From Squalus acanthias (taxonomy: Eukaryota), in contig CM059431.1 in assembly GCA_030390025.1 (NCBI GenBank), forward strand, positions 110,672,001 through 110,736,000: DNA of 64,000 nucleotides, read 5' to 3'. How positions within the stretch are numbered: position 1 is the stretch's first letter; each line of letters starts with the position of its first letter. A program made the position numbers and the translations under genes. The notes below the pieces were generated by a model that was given only the letters and a program-made list of their open reading frames with translations, ran no database searches and was not told where the DNA came from. Shown in pieces: positions 62,189-64,000 of the stretch.

Positions 62189-62851
62189 GGGCTGGATTTT
62201 CATTGACCCTGTGGAGGTGGGTATTGGAGGCGTGTGGGGGGTTAAAATTGCGAAAACTGGCGGGCGGGCACAAGCCCACCTCCATCACGCCTCCACGCAA
62301 TTTTCATTAAATCGTGTCTGCTAGTCCCGACTCCGTCCCACCTCTAAGAGGCGGGATAGTCTGTTAAGGCCCTTAACAAGCACTAAATTGCCTCTATAAT
62401 GCCATTTTAAAAGGCCTTTGTGATTTTAACCCTTTTTCTACGTGAAGCACGCCTGTTCTGAACCACGAATGTGAAACCTAGCGGGAGCACATTTGGCTGG
62501 CTGGCAAGTATATCTGGGAGTGGTGGTGGATGGGAGACATATCTGGGAGTGGTGGTGCAAAAATATCTGGGAGCAGACTTAGGGCTGCTGCTGCTCATTT
62601 TGCATCCAGGTCCTCTCACAGCAAAGGCCAGGCAGTCTTTGCAGACCTTCAATGCAGCAGCAATGATGACATCATCAGAGGTGACTTTCAGACTGAAAAC
62701 ACTAATTGGTTCATGGGTTCCCACATGCTGGAACTCAATTGCCTAATTAGGTGAAAATCGCATCAATCTCCCACATCCAATTGGAGTCGGGTGGATAACA
62801 CGAAAAGTGGATGACACGACCCCAACCCGCCCCAGTATCAAAATCCAGCCC
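62189..62851 (-). mobile_element. Harbinger-type MITE with perfect TAA TSD
   Basis: TAA-GGGCTGGATTTT...AAAATCCAGCCC-TAA; interior matches both subterminal regions of 18622-21896 in reverse. Confidence 0.9.
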
Positions 62852-63204
62852 TAAGTCTTAAATTAAACACAGAGCAACAGAAGTGGTATACAAGGTTGCA
62901 TATCAACTGGGAACTGCGATGTAACGTAAATCACTGGAGCAAAGCTCAAGTGGCTCAGCTGAGCTAAGCTATTGTCAGAGCAAAGTTATTAAAGGTGTTG
63001 AGTAAACTGGAGTTGAAGTTTACAGGGAAGAGCAGGGATCAAGCAATGCAGCCAGGCTTACAAAATCTACCACATTCCATTCAAGTCTCATATTATAAGA
63101 TTGCATTCTCTTTCCCCCCAGGTTCTGATATCCCACACGTGGAATATGAAAATCATTCCTAGCATTTCTCTTGCTTTCTCTCTCTAGAGCAGAAGAGAAA
63201 ACAA

Positions 63205-63835
63205 GAAAGAAAGTACTTACATAGCGCTTTATCCCGTCTTCAAGATGACGCAAAAGCACTCTGCTCCAATTATTTACTTTTGAAGTACAATCATTGTTGT
63301 CATGTAGGAAATATGGCAGCCAATGAGGTGTCAGCCGTGGCTCAGTGCCACACCAGATACTTGAGCACATAATCCAGGCTGACACTTCAGTGCAGTACTG
63401 AGGGAGTGTTGTTCAGTTGAGACGTTAAACCGAGGCCCCTTCTGTCCTCTCAGGCTGGACGTAAAAGATTCCTTGACACTATTCGAAGAAGAGCAGTGAG
63501 CTGTCCTGGCTAATATTTATCTCTCAACCAAGATCACGAAAAACAGGTGATCTGGTCATGTCTATCATTTAAGGGGCCTTGCTATCTGTCAATTGGTCGC
63601 CGCACTTCCCTACATTACAATGGTGACTACACTTTAAAAATACTTCATTGACATTTGGAATGACCTGAGGCCATGAAAGGTGCCCAATAAATGCAAGTCC
63701 TTTCCTTTCCAATTTTAACATCTTAAGGACAACCTATAGCTCATCACAACCAATGAATGACTTCTGAACTACAGTCGCTGTTGTTATGTAAGCAAACATG
63801 GCAGAAAATTTGAGCAGACCAAATTCCAAACTTAT
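63205..63835. mobile_element. Cluster of three SacSINE1-like pieces (minus about 63205-63325, plus about 63330-63710, minus about 63730-63835)
   Basis: Core and tail matches to 52832-53282. Confidence 0.65.
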
Positions 63836-64000
63836 ACTAGGCCCCACGGCGGCCAGGGAAGTGGGAACTCTCAGTGTAGAAAGTCCCCACATCCAGTCAC
63901 ATCTCTTCTGAGCTGGGGGGACTAAATTTGGTTCCGCCACAAAACAAGGCTCGTCTGGAAACTTCTGATGAAGACCAATACCGGGCATATTTTCAGCAAC

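Noticed and set aside
63965..64000. CTGATGA near the window end
   Set aside because: No stem II or GAAA visible within the window

Overview
Repeat-dense vertebrate non-coding DNA. The repeat families (CR1/HER1-type tails, a SacSINE1-like Deu-SINE, L2, RTE) suggest a shark or other elasmobranch. No host protein-coding gene could be identified with confidence; one weak minus-strand exon candidate lies at 33938-34166. Contents: two CR1 LINEs, one young and 5'-truncated with an open RT frame and 8-bp TSD, one decayed and nested three layers deep; many L2, CR1 and second-family LINE fragments; three SINE families; an RTE 3' fragment; pogo/Tigger-like and hAT-like MITEs; and fold-back MITEs. The most interesting system is a set of five PIF/Harbinger-type elements. 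The 3.3-kb copy (18622-21896) keeps a nearly intact three-exon Myb/SANT-like gene, but its convergent transposase appears reduced to an N-terminus joined to the C-terminal tip. A diverged relative (35710-37465) has the same junction, suggesting a long-lived transposase-less, Myb-only lineage that shares CCCGCCTCC subterminal motifs with nearby MITEs. Three tiny TSD-flanked Penelope-type insertions are also present, one with a complete minimal hammerhead ribozyme core (38673-38710). All alignments and family assignments were made by eye and from memory; none was checked against a database.
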